64,000 bases of DNA from NCBI GenBank assembly GCA_012295275.1, contig CM022671.1, positions 10,602,001-10,666,000 of the forward strand. Direction: 5' to 3'. The DNA is from Chrysomallon squamiferum (Eukaryota; Animalia; Mollusca). The notes under the pieces were generated by a model. It had not been told where the DNA came from and searched no databases. It saw only the letters and a program-made list of their open reading frames with translations. Below, piece after piece: positions 11,489 to 23,250 of the stretch (position 1 is its first letter; every line of letters starts with the position of its first letter). Position numbers and translations under genes: made by a program.

Positions 11489-13323
11489 ATGAACAACATA
11501 CCATCACTGATTGGAAAGTTTGCCCTTCGCTCAGGAACAACCCTAACTGTTGTTCCACACAGGACTACAGTAGAAGGAATGGTAAGAGAACTTGGGGCAA
11601 TAAGCAATCTTCAAACTGCAGAAGCCATTTTAGACAACAACGACTCAACTATTGGATTCGATGCCACGACACAAGAAGGCGTTCATTTGAATAGCATACA
11701 TATCACCACCCATGCTGATTGCTATGTTGTTGCTGCCGATCAGTTACCTGGAGGTACAGCCAATGATTATCACGAGCACATCTGTGATTTAGTTGATAAC
11801 TTGGCCCTGGTGTACTGTCGTTTCTTTGATAAAGACTATCAAACCATACACCAGGGGTTAATTTCAAACATTACCAACAGTCTTACTGATCGGTGTGCAG
11901 CAAACCATGCTGCAATACAATTAGTGAACGTTTCTTGGGCCAAGACTTTGAACGAGTTGAACTGTCATTTGCACCCACTGGACTCCATAGCCACAAAAGC
12001 TAGAACAGCACTCAAGGAATGTGAAGGGGGTGCAAAGGGACAGATTTGGGGAAATGACTGCTGCGCATCCAACATCATTGTACAGATGAACAAACTCCGC
12101 TTTAAGGACAATAAGGGTGATCCCCGGGGGTTCAAGACTTTTCTTGATGACCACAACCTGCCTCGGGGGATCGTTCTCAGGTATCGGGGTAATCGTCTGC
12201 ATGTTCTGTTTCATATATGTGGCATATATACTCAGCATCATGCATTGTTCAAGAAATATCTTGAACAAGGTACAGTGTGTGGCGGATTGCGTGCTAGTGT
12301 CTTGGCTGACTTTGTGTCAGTAACAGGTAAGGTTGAGATGCAGGTGTTAGGCCTGTTAGGCAAGATGTTAACCGGCCCTTGGATGAACATTTTTTACACT
12401 GCTGCAGTGGACCAGATCGACCATGTAGAGGGGATCCAAGTCATTAAACAGATCATCCAAAAACTGAAGGACCAGATGGACGCACCAATGGATCTCCTGG
12501 CATGTGAAACAGATTTTTTTGGTAACCAGCTTCATCCAGTCGAAGATAAAACCCTTCTCAAATTACAGGAGCCACCCAAGGATGGGACCATCTTCAGTGA
12601 CATGATGAAAGCATGCCTTCAAGCCAGTGTCGATGTCCTTGAGCGGCAATATAAGAATTTTGTTTCAGATGACTGGAAGATCACAGAGAGGCTGAGACTA
12701 GAAACTAAAAGTGCTAGGTCTCACAATATGGATGCTGAAGAGATGGGGGCATGATCAATGCTGCAAAACAGAAGGCGGCTAATGCAACTGTTTGCTATCT
12801 GTCAAGTAAGTTGAGGGCACAAAAAAATAAAACTGTGGCCTATCTAGATGGTTTAGAAAAGGAGAGGAGAGATATGATTCTCATGAAGGCTGTACAGGTA
12901 GGTCAGAAACAAAGGCAGAAGAGAAGAATGAAGCAGGATGAGTTGAGAGCAGAATTATCGAGGAGACAAGCTGACAAACATCAAGCAAGAGAGACATCTG
13001 TGAGGAAAAAGCTAGAGAAGAAACTGAAAATTGTTAAGGTTGCAGAGATTGGTGAGGAATTTCCTGAGCTTTCTGATGGTAAGCAGGAGCAACTTCAGGA
13101 ATTGTTGGAAGGCAAATCTGTTGGATGTAATATTTGTCATGTATGGTTTGAAGATGGGCGCCAGATTCTTTACAATGGCAGAATTGAAAAGATGAAGGCT
13201 AAGGGAAGTAAGTGTGTTGTAGCATATTGGTCACAGACAGAAACATATGATGATGCAACTGACTTTGATATGTCTGTTTTCCAATTGGCTGCAGACCTTA
13301 TTTCCGACGATTTGACTATGTAA
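11489..13323 (+). pseudogene. DDE transposase (hAT-like, CxxH type) split by a 1-nt frameshift at ~12745-12751; N-terminus probably deleted
   Basis: ORF 11489-12754 has TIGFDATT (D1), LTDRCAAN (D2), CHLH, RYRGNR and RSHNMDAEE (E). ORF 12751-13323 continues with a basic coiled coil and a Tudor-like tail. Confidence 0.85.
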
Positions 13324-13329
13324 ATATTA

Positions 13330-13530
13330 GGTTGAGGAATAAGTCATTGCAGTTAAACTAAATATAATCATTACATAGAAGAAACCTTAAGCTTAATTGA
13401 TAACAAGATGTAATTTAATCAATAATGTATTCTCCGTTGTTATTTACCACTTCTTCCCAACAGTTAAATTTTTGATGCCTCTGCAATAAATATGAATCAG
13501 TTATGAACTGCAATGACTTATTTATCAACC
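13330..13530. repeat. 25-bp inverted repeat pair just 3' of the transposase stop
   Basis: ggttgaggaataagtcattgcagtt (13330-13354) vs aactgcaatgacttatttatcaacc (13506-13530), 23/25 complementary. Confidence 0.8.
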
Positions 13531-14325
13531 CAGTACACTTTTGGAATGAGGTCTGTATAAAATGTCTCATTAAGGACTGCATGACATTATCTACAATAAT
13601 TCTTGTTATAACTTTTTCAGCTAATTGAAGTTGCCAAATTAGACTAATTAAAATCTGCTGTATTACTAATTATTTATATTGCACTTTTAATAGCTTGAAT
13701 TGAGAGAACTAGTTACCATCCATATTCAGTCCAAATTTCACTAATAAAATTTGATTATTAAGAAAGTTACATGCATTTTAGTGAAAAACAATAGGATTTT
13801 GGTCATGCCATTGTAATGCAAATGCATTAAATAATAGGACAATTAATTAGTGTTAATTGAAAACATTAAAATGCTGTAACTTCCTTAATACTCAACAGAA
13901 TCACATGATGTTTGTTGTCTTTTATAGGGTTTTTAGAGTTCTTTTCAGCAATGTTATTTATGTTGATGTTCAATTTTTTGTCCACATACCTACAACATGC
14001 TACAATAACTAAAACCGGTTACGTGACACGAATGAAAAGAAGCTGGACATAATAATTAGTTTTATTATCTTATTGTCTTTGAAATTTTATCAAGCAGCTT
14101 CGAGGCTCTTAATTGTAATTTTTACCTCGTGAAATATGGTTTGTTGGCGTTATATCGCCAGTTTGAGTTTCTGTTTTTTTCTTCAAAATTATGTTGATTA
14201 TATTTTTAATAGCTTGTAGGATGCATGTTTTATTGGATGTTGTGACTTTTACTAAATATAATATGTATTCGTTCTGAAATAAACGAATTAATATTGTTTT
14301 GCCGATTACTAGCATTTGATGTTAA

Positions 14326-14656
14326 CTATAATCCTCTGCAATACATAAACTCGTATAATCCTTGGAGTCGACTCCAGAAAGGTGTTGCCGGTCTTTATTA
14401 GGAGCAATACAATGTGTATGTAATCATGACAATTAAAGACACAGGTATTGTAACTCATTTGAAGCAGACAAAATAATTTTCTTGGCTTTGTGTTTGTACT
14501 TCCTGTGCTTTGACAGCAAACAAAATTAATGTTTATCTATAATCCTCTGCAATACACAAACTCGTATAATAAATTGGAGTCTACTCCAGAAAGGTATTGC
14601 CTTTCTTAATTAGGAGCAATACATTGTGTATGTAATCATGACACTAAAGACAGGTA
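14326..14656 (+). repeat. ~120-bp direct repeat (2 copies) inside the transposon
   Basis: 14326-14447 and 14537-14656 both read ctataatcctctgcaatac...actccagaaaggt...gtaatcatgaca...caggta. Confidence 0.9.
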
Positions 14657-16083
14657 CGAATATCGAACTTTGACCTTCCTGGGTGCTAAAAATAGCCTTG
14701 CTAAAACTAGTCGGTGTTAAGAAAAGGCGACACCGCCTTCAGATGAACGCTTCGTAGAGCGACACCGCTTTAGCTTTAGGGATGTTCGCAAAGTTCGTTT
14801 ACCCCCACCACGTTTAACACTCTCATACAAACTACTGATTTAACACGTAACAAAAACAACATCACCATTTAAAAGAGCGCATATTAATCTGTATTTGAGT
14901 GTAATTGTTTTTCATGTTAAATTTTACAGAAGGGATTTGGGAGGGGACAAAATGGACAAAATCGGCACTTTTTCCACTTAAGTTTGTTAGGCTGCTGGTA
15001 CCTTAATTAATGACTTCTTTTTGGCATTGGTCTTCACTGAAAATTTCATCAAGAAAGCTTGATTATTAACAAAGATAGAGGGGAAAACGTTAAAATATTA
15101 CTATTTTTGGTCACAAACCTCTAATGACTTATATAACGTTTAGGGGGTTTAAAATTGCTGCTACTTCCTTAATTTAATACATATTCACTTGATCTTGGTA
15201 TCATTTTAAAGTGGTTTACAAGCTCTACCCAACTGTCTTATTTATTTTCAGATTAGTGGGGTTTCAAAAATGTATCCACATACCTAGTAAATGGATAAAA
15301 AAAAAAATTGATTCGAGAAAAAATTTCTGTTTATGTACACAAAAAAAAAACTGGTTCTACTAACCTCTTTTACTTTCTTTTGACTTTTGCTGATAATGTC
15401 CTTAAACCATTCGGTATCCTTTCCAATAATGTTTTTACTGCTGTTTCCATCATGATCATACATCAGTATTCTTTACTTTTTGACCAAGAAATGTAGCCTG
15501 TGCGAATGTCGGTTTAAATCCAATTTTAATGTAAACAGAAATGTCCGATTATGTTGACAACGAAAACACTAGAAGTCAGAAATCATAACTTGCTGTCAAA
15601 ATACGGAATTACTCCGAAATTAAATAAAATTAATATAGTTCATTTGAAATTTACATTATATTACACGTGTTAAAATTTTCAGCTGGAGGCTGACATATTG
15701 GAGAAATAGCGACATCTAACAAGGGACGTGACTCTGAAATGTTTAATAATGAAAATAAAAACAACCTGCCACGAGTCCATTCTATGTTCAACTTAAGTAA
15801 AATGAAACCAGGCATTGATGACGGAAGAAATTTATATTTAAAAACACTCAAACACATAAAATTCTCGTCGATATCTTATCTTTTTAAGACAGTCTGGGTT
15901 TTTTTATTTATTTATTTATTTTTCATTTATTTTTTTTTTTTTTTTTCCGGGTTTTTTTTTTTTAGTGGCGTTTATTATTTTGTTTTTCCTTATTGTTTTC
16001 TTTTGTCATTATACTTTTTCATTTTTATTTTTTTAAAATTTTTTTTTTGTTCTTGTTGTTGTTAATTCTTTTAACATGTACAC

Positions 16084-16149
<66 letters not shown>

Positions 16150-16206
16150 GGCTTATTTTTAAAATAACTTTCTTAAAGGGTTTCAATTCTGTTTCAGCCT
16201 AATGAA

Positions 16207-16406
16207 NNNNNNNNNNNNNNNNNNNNNNNNNNNNNNNNNNNNNNNNNNNNNNNNNNNNNNNNNNNNNNNNNNNNNNNNNNNNNNNNNNNNNNNNNNNNNN
16301 NNNNNNNNNNNNNNNNNNNNNNNNNNNNNNNNNNNNNNNNNNNNNNNNNNNNNNNNNNNNNNNNNNNNNNNNNNNNNNNNNNNNNNNNNNNNNNNNNNNN
16401 NNNNNN
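16207..16406. other. Assembly gap (200 N)
   Basis: Run of N. Confidence 1.
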
Positions 16407-17638
16407 ACACTGTTATACTGAAAATATTTCAATAAATGGCTTAATTGAATTTCTTGTTTGTTGTTATTAGTATAGTCATGTGTGCATAAATTGATTTTCA
16501 GGTTACAGAGTTTAATTTTATAAATAACAAATACAAATGGTTTTACTCGATGCTTTTTGATGTGTTTATGAACTGACAGAAATTGAACATTGAAAGCAAA
16601 TTCATCGACTATTAGTTTCATTGTTTGGAGAAAGAATACATGCTGACATTAAAGTCATTAAAGAAAAAAATAAACATTCACCACTGTACATAAAAATATT
16701 TTAAGAGGACTGACAATCTTGACAGCAGTCATACGTTTGGATCAGTCAGTTGTTAACGCAATTTCTGGGATTCAAAAATGATATTTAATGAAATGTAATG
16801 AATAAAACATGATCAATGTTCAACAAATTTGATTATTCTATCAATGACTGGTACTGGGATGATCTTCAAGTCAAACTGACAGATATCATAGAAGAAATGA
16901 ATAACATTTGTTTGAATATACATTTAGGAAGGAATTTACAATCAAAGAATAATCAATCAAGCTATTAAAAGAAGAAATAAAGTATTTTACAAAAGTTGAA
17001 ATGTTATTTTCAAATAGCCCAAGTCTGTTATTCATAACAAGAACAGATCATATATTTAAATTATTTGTTATCATATTATTTTACAGACTAAGTCATGAAA
17101 AGAAAAGGAAAGAAAAAGAAACATAGGCTATCAAAATATTCTCTTAATTTTAAAAGTAATGAGAACACAACATCTAACAGTTAAGATTTCATTTATCACT
17201 ATTATTACTTAGCATTTGTTTGATTATTATTGTTGTTGTTTTATTTTATTTTATTTTATTCTTATTATTTTTATCATTTTTTCTTTATTAATTTGTGCAT
17301 TATATAGATACTTCTCCCATTAGTGATGTCTGAATGTAAGAGTTATTTCTCTTAGACCATTTTATTTGGAAAGAGAATCATGAATATATTGCTAGACATT
17401 TTCATGTCCATTAACATGAAAGGAAAAAAGATGTATAAATGTTCTGTTAAAGAGGATCTATAAATCTAGAGTATTTCCTTTTTTCTTATTTTTTTCAGTT
17501 ATCAGGGCTGTTTCATCTAAATACATGATGAACATTTATTTAAAGTTACAATATTTCATCCATTTAAAAATATATTGCCGTTAATTAATTATAAATTATT
17601 GTCTTCTTTTAAGGACTCTTCATACAATATGGATCTTT
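16407..17638 (+). repeat. Left arm of a ~1.2 kb inverted duplication (partner 41111-42299)
   Basis: Reverse complement aligns continuously with scattered substitutions and indels (roughly 85-90% by eye). Confidence 0.93.
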
Positions 17639-17654
17639 AATAAATATACATAAG

Positions 17655-17997
17655 AAGCAGCCTGAATCAGATACTTTAATCCCATGTGTAGACAATAAAT
17701 AACAATCAGATACCAAAAACTAATTACCCCTAAAAAACAAAAAAAGAAATTAAATAAAACCAAAAAGCCTGAATCAGATGCTGTTTTCCTGTATAAACAA
17801 TAAAAAACAACAATCATATAATAAAAGGAACAATAAAAAAACAATAATTAAATAAAAAATAGATATATATATATATATATAAATAAATAAATAAATCAAT
17901 AAATAAATCAATAAAAACTCCCCCCAAAAATATCAGTTTTAATCAGATACTGTAAAACAATGTAATGTTAAAAATAATTTAAAAAAAAAAAAAAAAA

Positions 17998-18048
<51 letters not shown>

Positions 18049-18245
18049 TAGTAAAGTAAAAATTTAAAATAAATTAATAAAAAAATAAAAATACAAACAT
18101 AACAGCTGAATCAGACACTGTAATCCAGTGTGTTGACAACAAATAACAATCAGATACTAAAAGCAAATTACCCCAAAAACCCAAAAAAAAAATAATAAAA
18201 ACCAAGAAGCCTGAATCAGATGCTGTAATTCATTGTATAGACATT
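17655..18245 (+). repeat. Degenerate satellite-like repeats (ctgaatcagatactgtaatccagtgtgtagacaata) mixed with A-rich tracts
   Basis: About 5 copies. The same family occurs at 22710-23250 (same strand) and at 25240-25700 and 40050-41075 (opposite strand). Confidence 0.7.
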
Positions 18246-18738
18246 AAAGAAACAACAAACAAAAAAAAAAAGGGAAGGAAAAAAATAACACCTCCCCTAA
18301 AATGACATAACCCAACTGATAACTGATAATAATGATAATAAAATAAATAAAAACCAAACTATTCTTTTTCAGTTTTGTACATGTTATTTTTTTAAACAAT
18401 AATTGAAAAGTTTGTTATGACTTAAACTGCTATCTTTTTACAACTAGGTAAAAGACAACATTCATTTTTCTCTATATAAGAAAGGTAAGGCTTCTTACCG
18501 AAACCAATATGAGTACAGATGTGGACATATTTGTGTATTAAGAATTACCTCCCCTCCAATGATTGCATTAACAGTTTTGCACAGGTTTCAGTTATGCACA
18601 AATCAAAATAGTTTATGCAAATTGGGTTCAATGATGCCATGATTCCCTGTCCCTAGCACCTCCCAGAAATATTGGATTTTCATGCTTTTAATATATATAT
18701 ATATATATATATGTATGAAATGACTGTAAACACACATA

Positions 18739-18775
<37 letters not shown>

Positions 18776-19402
18776 GAAAGAAGAATATAATCAAAATGAA
18801 ATCAAATTTAAACTTTGCAATAATTTTGATATGTCATGTTTTTGTCTATCGTCCAGTGTTTCCTAGTAAAAATGTGATTGTTGTTGCAAAGTTATAATAA
18901 AACAATACCAAGATAGTAACAAAACACTATTATTTGTCATTCACATTTTCTTTCTTTTTATATTTGGGCCAGTTTTATTAGAATATTTTGGATTAATAAC
19001 ACATTGATTCACAATGGTATGAAAAGAATGACATAAGAAAAAGAATGACTAGAATAACATTAACAAACCATCTCAAAATACATTATTTACAATCCCATCC
19101 ATGTGAAAGAGCAAGAATTGTTTTTCAGTGTTAAGATTACTGTGGGAGATTATATTAAAAAGATAACTATACATTTCAAAAAAGCATTTGGTATCAAAAC
19201 AATTCTTAAACACATTATGCTGAAAACTTTGTATTTGTAAATGTGAATATGAACAATTTATTTCAGAAATTTCAGGTCGTTCTTTTTCTTTTTTCCCCAT
19301 AATCCAGCTGAAAGAAGTGCATTACTGGAAAAATAAAATGATTGTCAAAATCACAAATTTTATCCTTTTAAATAATCATATCTCTACTTTATTATTTGTT
19401 TC

Positions 19403-19448
<46 letters not shown>

Positions 19449-20195
19449 TTTATTAATTTAAAGCACTTAAACACGGTTTTGCAGGATATCAGTATACAGT
19501 GATAAAGATGATTGAACAAAAAGAAAGAAAGAAATTATAAATTTTGGAAAACTAGTTGAGTCTCATATTATTGTATTAAATAATGATGGAGTTAGTACAC
19601 TGCTATAACACTACATTCTGTTCATGAGTAGCACTAACAATTTATGACACATTAAAATTAGCAAACATGACTAACTGCCAACATGAAGAGCTAATGAAAG
19701 TATATCAAAATGTTTTGCTACTATGCCACTTTCAGATTTTAAACTCTACAACTCCAGTTTGAATGATACATAAATACTCAGCAAATCAAATACACTTGAT
19801 ATGCAACACTGTTAATTTGTAGTTCAAAACAACAAGTAATTCAAATTTCCTAATATAATTCAAAATACTATGATGCAAATGAAACATATACGGTTATAAT
19901 ATTTTGCACATTTTCTATTAGCATTTGAAGTAATAATCATTCACTTTAAAATACCAAACAAAAATAATTTCTTTGTTTTATTTTTACAATGTTTTGGTAG
20001 CAGCACTAAAAAATTTCTTATTTTTATAATTATTCTCAGGGTTTTTTCAGGTAAAAGAAAGTTTAAAAAAAAAGAAGAAGATGGGTGATATGTTCCTAGT
20101 TGTTGTTCTTTGAGGTACTGAGCTAATTTCTCTTGACTTCTAGATATATGTTATCTAAGTAAACTCAGGCAAACAGATTATTACATAAACATTGT

Positions 20196-21637
20196 TTACG
20201 GCAAGATGAATTTTTTGTTATCCACACAAACTTTGATGATGATTGGGTCATCTTTGATGTAGTCTGTGGTCTTCAGAATATCATGTGACACAAACTTTGG
20301 ATAACCAAATCCCAGGGATTCAATGTCTTTACATGGTTTCTGAAAATGCTTCCATGTAGGATCTGGAACCAAACTTTCTGTGATATTAACTCTGAAGTCC
20401 GGGCCATTGTACTGGTCATACAGTGTGAATGAAACTGGCAGCATGAAAGGCCAGTCTAGGATATTGTTATATTCACCAGATAACAGTTTGAAATGGGCTG
20501 ACAGAAACTTCCCTTCTCATTGACCATTTCCATTAAGAAACACAGACAATGCAGCTTGGTAGCCGAATCGCGATGTGTAAAATGGCTGACTGACAAGCTC
20601 CTTCATACTGTTCTTATAACAAGCTTCTATGTATTTGGCCTTGTAGTTGGAAATCTTCCAGATGAAGGTTCCGTCTGTGACATGCGTGACAGCATGCACA
20701 GCAGCACACAGTTGGGAAATCTGGTTCTGTTGTTTTTTCACAAGGTTGCACATGAGCTGAAGGTGTGTCTTTGTAGATTCTTCCACATGTTTGTCCATGG
20801 TGAAACGTGGGCTCTGCAAAGGATTAAACTGAAATAAGTTTTACGATTAGACAAGGATAATGAAACACGTGAAATGAATAAGCTGTGCAATATATAACTA
20901 ATTTTCTTTTTAAATCTGTGGTAACAAATTATTTTTAATAAATCATCAATGATAAGAAAAAATATATCTTTAAACAATCCCAAATCATTTAAAATATAAA
21001 AAATATTAAAAACCAAATGCAACAGAATGTAAACCAAATAGACCACAAAGTACTAAAGACATAATACAACTGAAACGTACCTTGTATTTACATCCTGCCT
21101 CTTTGAATGGACAAGACACAGTAGCAGATGGACACATCTCTTGAACATGAATGTTCATTTCTTCAGGTGGTATTTTGGTTGGATCACATCGATTCGGGCA
21201 AGCAAGAGGAAATCGTGGGCACTGGTACTGATGTGTCTACAAGCAAATGGTGAACTATTAATATATTCTAAAATAATTTTTTTATATATATATTTTTGTC
21301 TTATTTTATTACTAATTTCATCAAGAGGTCTCTGTGTAATGTCAACAAAGTTCTTTGCAAACAATTTTATTTGAAAAATAGTTGAAAAATATCTCCGAGA
21401 CAAAGAAATAAAAAAAGGCGCTTAACATTTTTTACAGTTATGAAATATACAGTTTATAGATATAATTTAATTTACCAACAGTGTTTCTTGTACAAACTCT
21501 CTGCTGCAGTAATCACAGTTGACAGTTCTCTTGTGACATTCATTTTTCATGTGGTTGGACAAAAACCTTCTTTCCAGTTTTGCCCCACACTTGTTCTCAC
21601 ACCAAACAACCTCATTTGGACAGTTTCCAGAATGTGT
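20196..21637 (-). pseudogene. TRAF4: TRAF4-like gene fragment: three terminal exons 21637-21476, 21236-21081, 20813-20196 (TRAF zinc fingers, short coiled coil, MATH/TRAF-C), with a premature in-frame TGA at 20517-20519
   Basis: Canonical AG/GT phase-0 boundaries and exons of 162 and 156 nt. HSGNCPNEVVWCENKCGAKLERRFLSNHMKNECHKR; CPRFPLACPNRCD..CPFKEAGCKYK; DGTFIWKISNY..SQPFYTSRFGY..FLNGNGQ*EGKFLS..GEYNNILDWPF..PDPTWKHFQKP..LGFGYPKFVSH. RING and upstream exons not found. Confidence 0.9.
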
Positions 21638-22709
21638 CTAAGACAGGAAAAACAGATTCACTGAATTAAATATGACCTCTTTTAAAACACATATAATTCC
21701 ACATCAACCTCATTATTAAACTACTGAGTACCTTAAGTGACTGCTAAAGCAATTATCAGTGTGACTTCCTCCATCATTTGTTGAATCATTTGACTCTACT
21801 TTCCTTGTAGAGTCATTATCTAGCAGAGTTATATATGCTATTACATCCAACAATGGAATAAACCCAATTATCTGCATTGTTTGCAAAACATTATTATGTC
21901 AATTCCTATAACTATTTTCAAGTGACATTTTCGTGTTCTTTAATAAAATATATTTGTAATTAATTATAACTTATTACCTTCTTTTAAAGACACTTCATAC
22001 ATTTCATAGATTTGAGTTATTCTTTTTTTTTTTTTTTTTTTTTTTATTTTTTTGACTTAGAAGTCCAAATAAACAAATCTCGAAAAATATAACAGACTGA
22101 ATGAGATAACTATACTCCAGTGTGTAGACATTAAAAAAAAACAAAAAAAAGAAATAGAAGAAACAAACAAAAAACAAAATCCATAGACTTTTAAAATTTT
22201 GTTTTTATTAATATTATTTTTATTTTTTTATTGTTTGGCTTTATTAAATAGTAGGTAGTAGAGGTGCCAGACAATTTATCAAGCAAATCAAATCAAGCAG
22301 TTGATACGATCACAATGTGTACTGATGTGCACCTTGTACCTGGAACCAATCTTGAACCAGCCTCAAACCTGTGAAGATATGTAGCTTAACCTTTCAGTAT
22401 TGTTGGGACAGTCTATATAGTGTGCAGACACAAATACTAACTGAAGGTAAAAATACAAGTGAAAATAAGAGAAAGACAGACTGACAGCATACTGATAGAT
22501 AATTTCAATAAAAACAAGCTAAATAAGATTGTTATATTATCTACTCAAGGAATAATTAACTCATCTAGTTACTGCTATGCAATATGTAGACAGCCGAAAC
22601 TAAAAAACCCACCACTAACAAACAAGACAATGTCAATCAGAAACTGTTATTAAGCATGTGGATTATCTAACAAAATCCTAAATTTCACATTGCTATAAAA
22701 TTGTCATCC

Positions 22710-23139
22710 TAAATCAGATACTGTTATGTAATGTGCGGAATTACACCAAAACAACTAAGTCAGATCATGCTATCCAGTGCATGGATATTACAACAGAACA
22801 CAAAAGAACAAAACCTGAAAACAAATAAATAAAAAACAAAACAAAACAATATACATAAAAAGCAGCCTAAATCAGATACTGTAATCTCATGTGTAGACAA
22901 TAAATCACAGTCAGATAACAAAAAACAATTTAGCCCAAATCAATAAAAAAATGATTAAAAAAACAAATTAATAAAAAACAAAAAACAAAAATAAACTCCC
23001 TCCCAAAAAATTTTAATAACAATACAAAAACCCAAATATAATAAAAGTTGGATTCGAATACTATAATCCAGCTTGTAGACAATATAAAATCAAAACAACG
23101 GATACTAAAAGCAGATAATGAATAATATTTTTAAAAAAA

Positions 23140-23190
<51 letters not shown>

Positions 23191-23250
23191 AATAAAATAA
23201 AAAAAAAAAAAATAAATAAATCCTCAATCAGATACTGTTTTCCAGTGTAT
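22710..23250 (+). repeat. Second block of the aatcagatact..tgtagacaata satellite-like family
   Basis: 22861-22936 closely matches 17657-17730. Confidence 0.7.

Larger units (their letters stand above)
10834..15286 (+). mobile_element. 4.45 kb TIR DNA transposon of a divergent hAT-like family
   Basis: Absent from the paralogous site at 35436-35440 (catGTAActggat). Perfect 10-bp TIR TAGGTATGTG (10834-10843) / CACATACCTA (15277-15286). GTAA is duplicated on both sides. Contains transposase ORFs and is GC/CpG-richer than its flanks. Confidence 0.93.
5574..16206 (+). repeat. Segmental duplication copy A (~6.2 kb plus a 4.45 kb insertion)
   Basis: Colinear and near-identical (roughly 95% by eye) to 30113-36356. 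Ends at the N-gap. Confidence 0.97.

Noticed and set aside
11921-12323. Antisense and alternate-frame ORFs inside the transposase
   Set aside because: Shadow ORFs of a GC-richer coding sequence; no motifs.
15364-15497. Minus-strand exon-like piece MYDHDGNSSKNIIGKDTEWFKDIISKSQKKVKE|gt (also ~35509-35641)
   Set aside because: Plausible splice sites but an upstream in-frame stop, no domain and no convincing next exon; too weak to call.
16183-16621. ORFs containing X runs (also 60778-61064)
   Set aside because: Artefacts of N gaps.
20517-20519. TGA as selenocysteine in TRAF4
   Set aside because: The aligned residue is a conserved Gly, not Cys, and no SECIS was recognised; a nonsense mutation is simpler.
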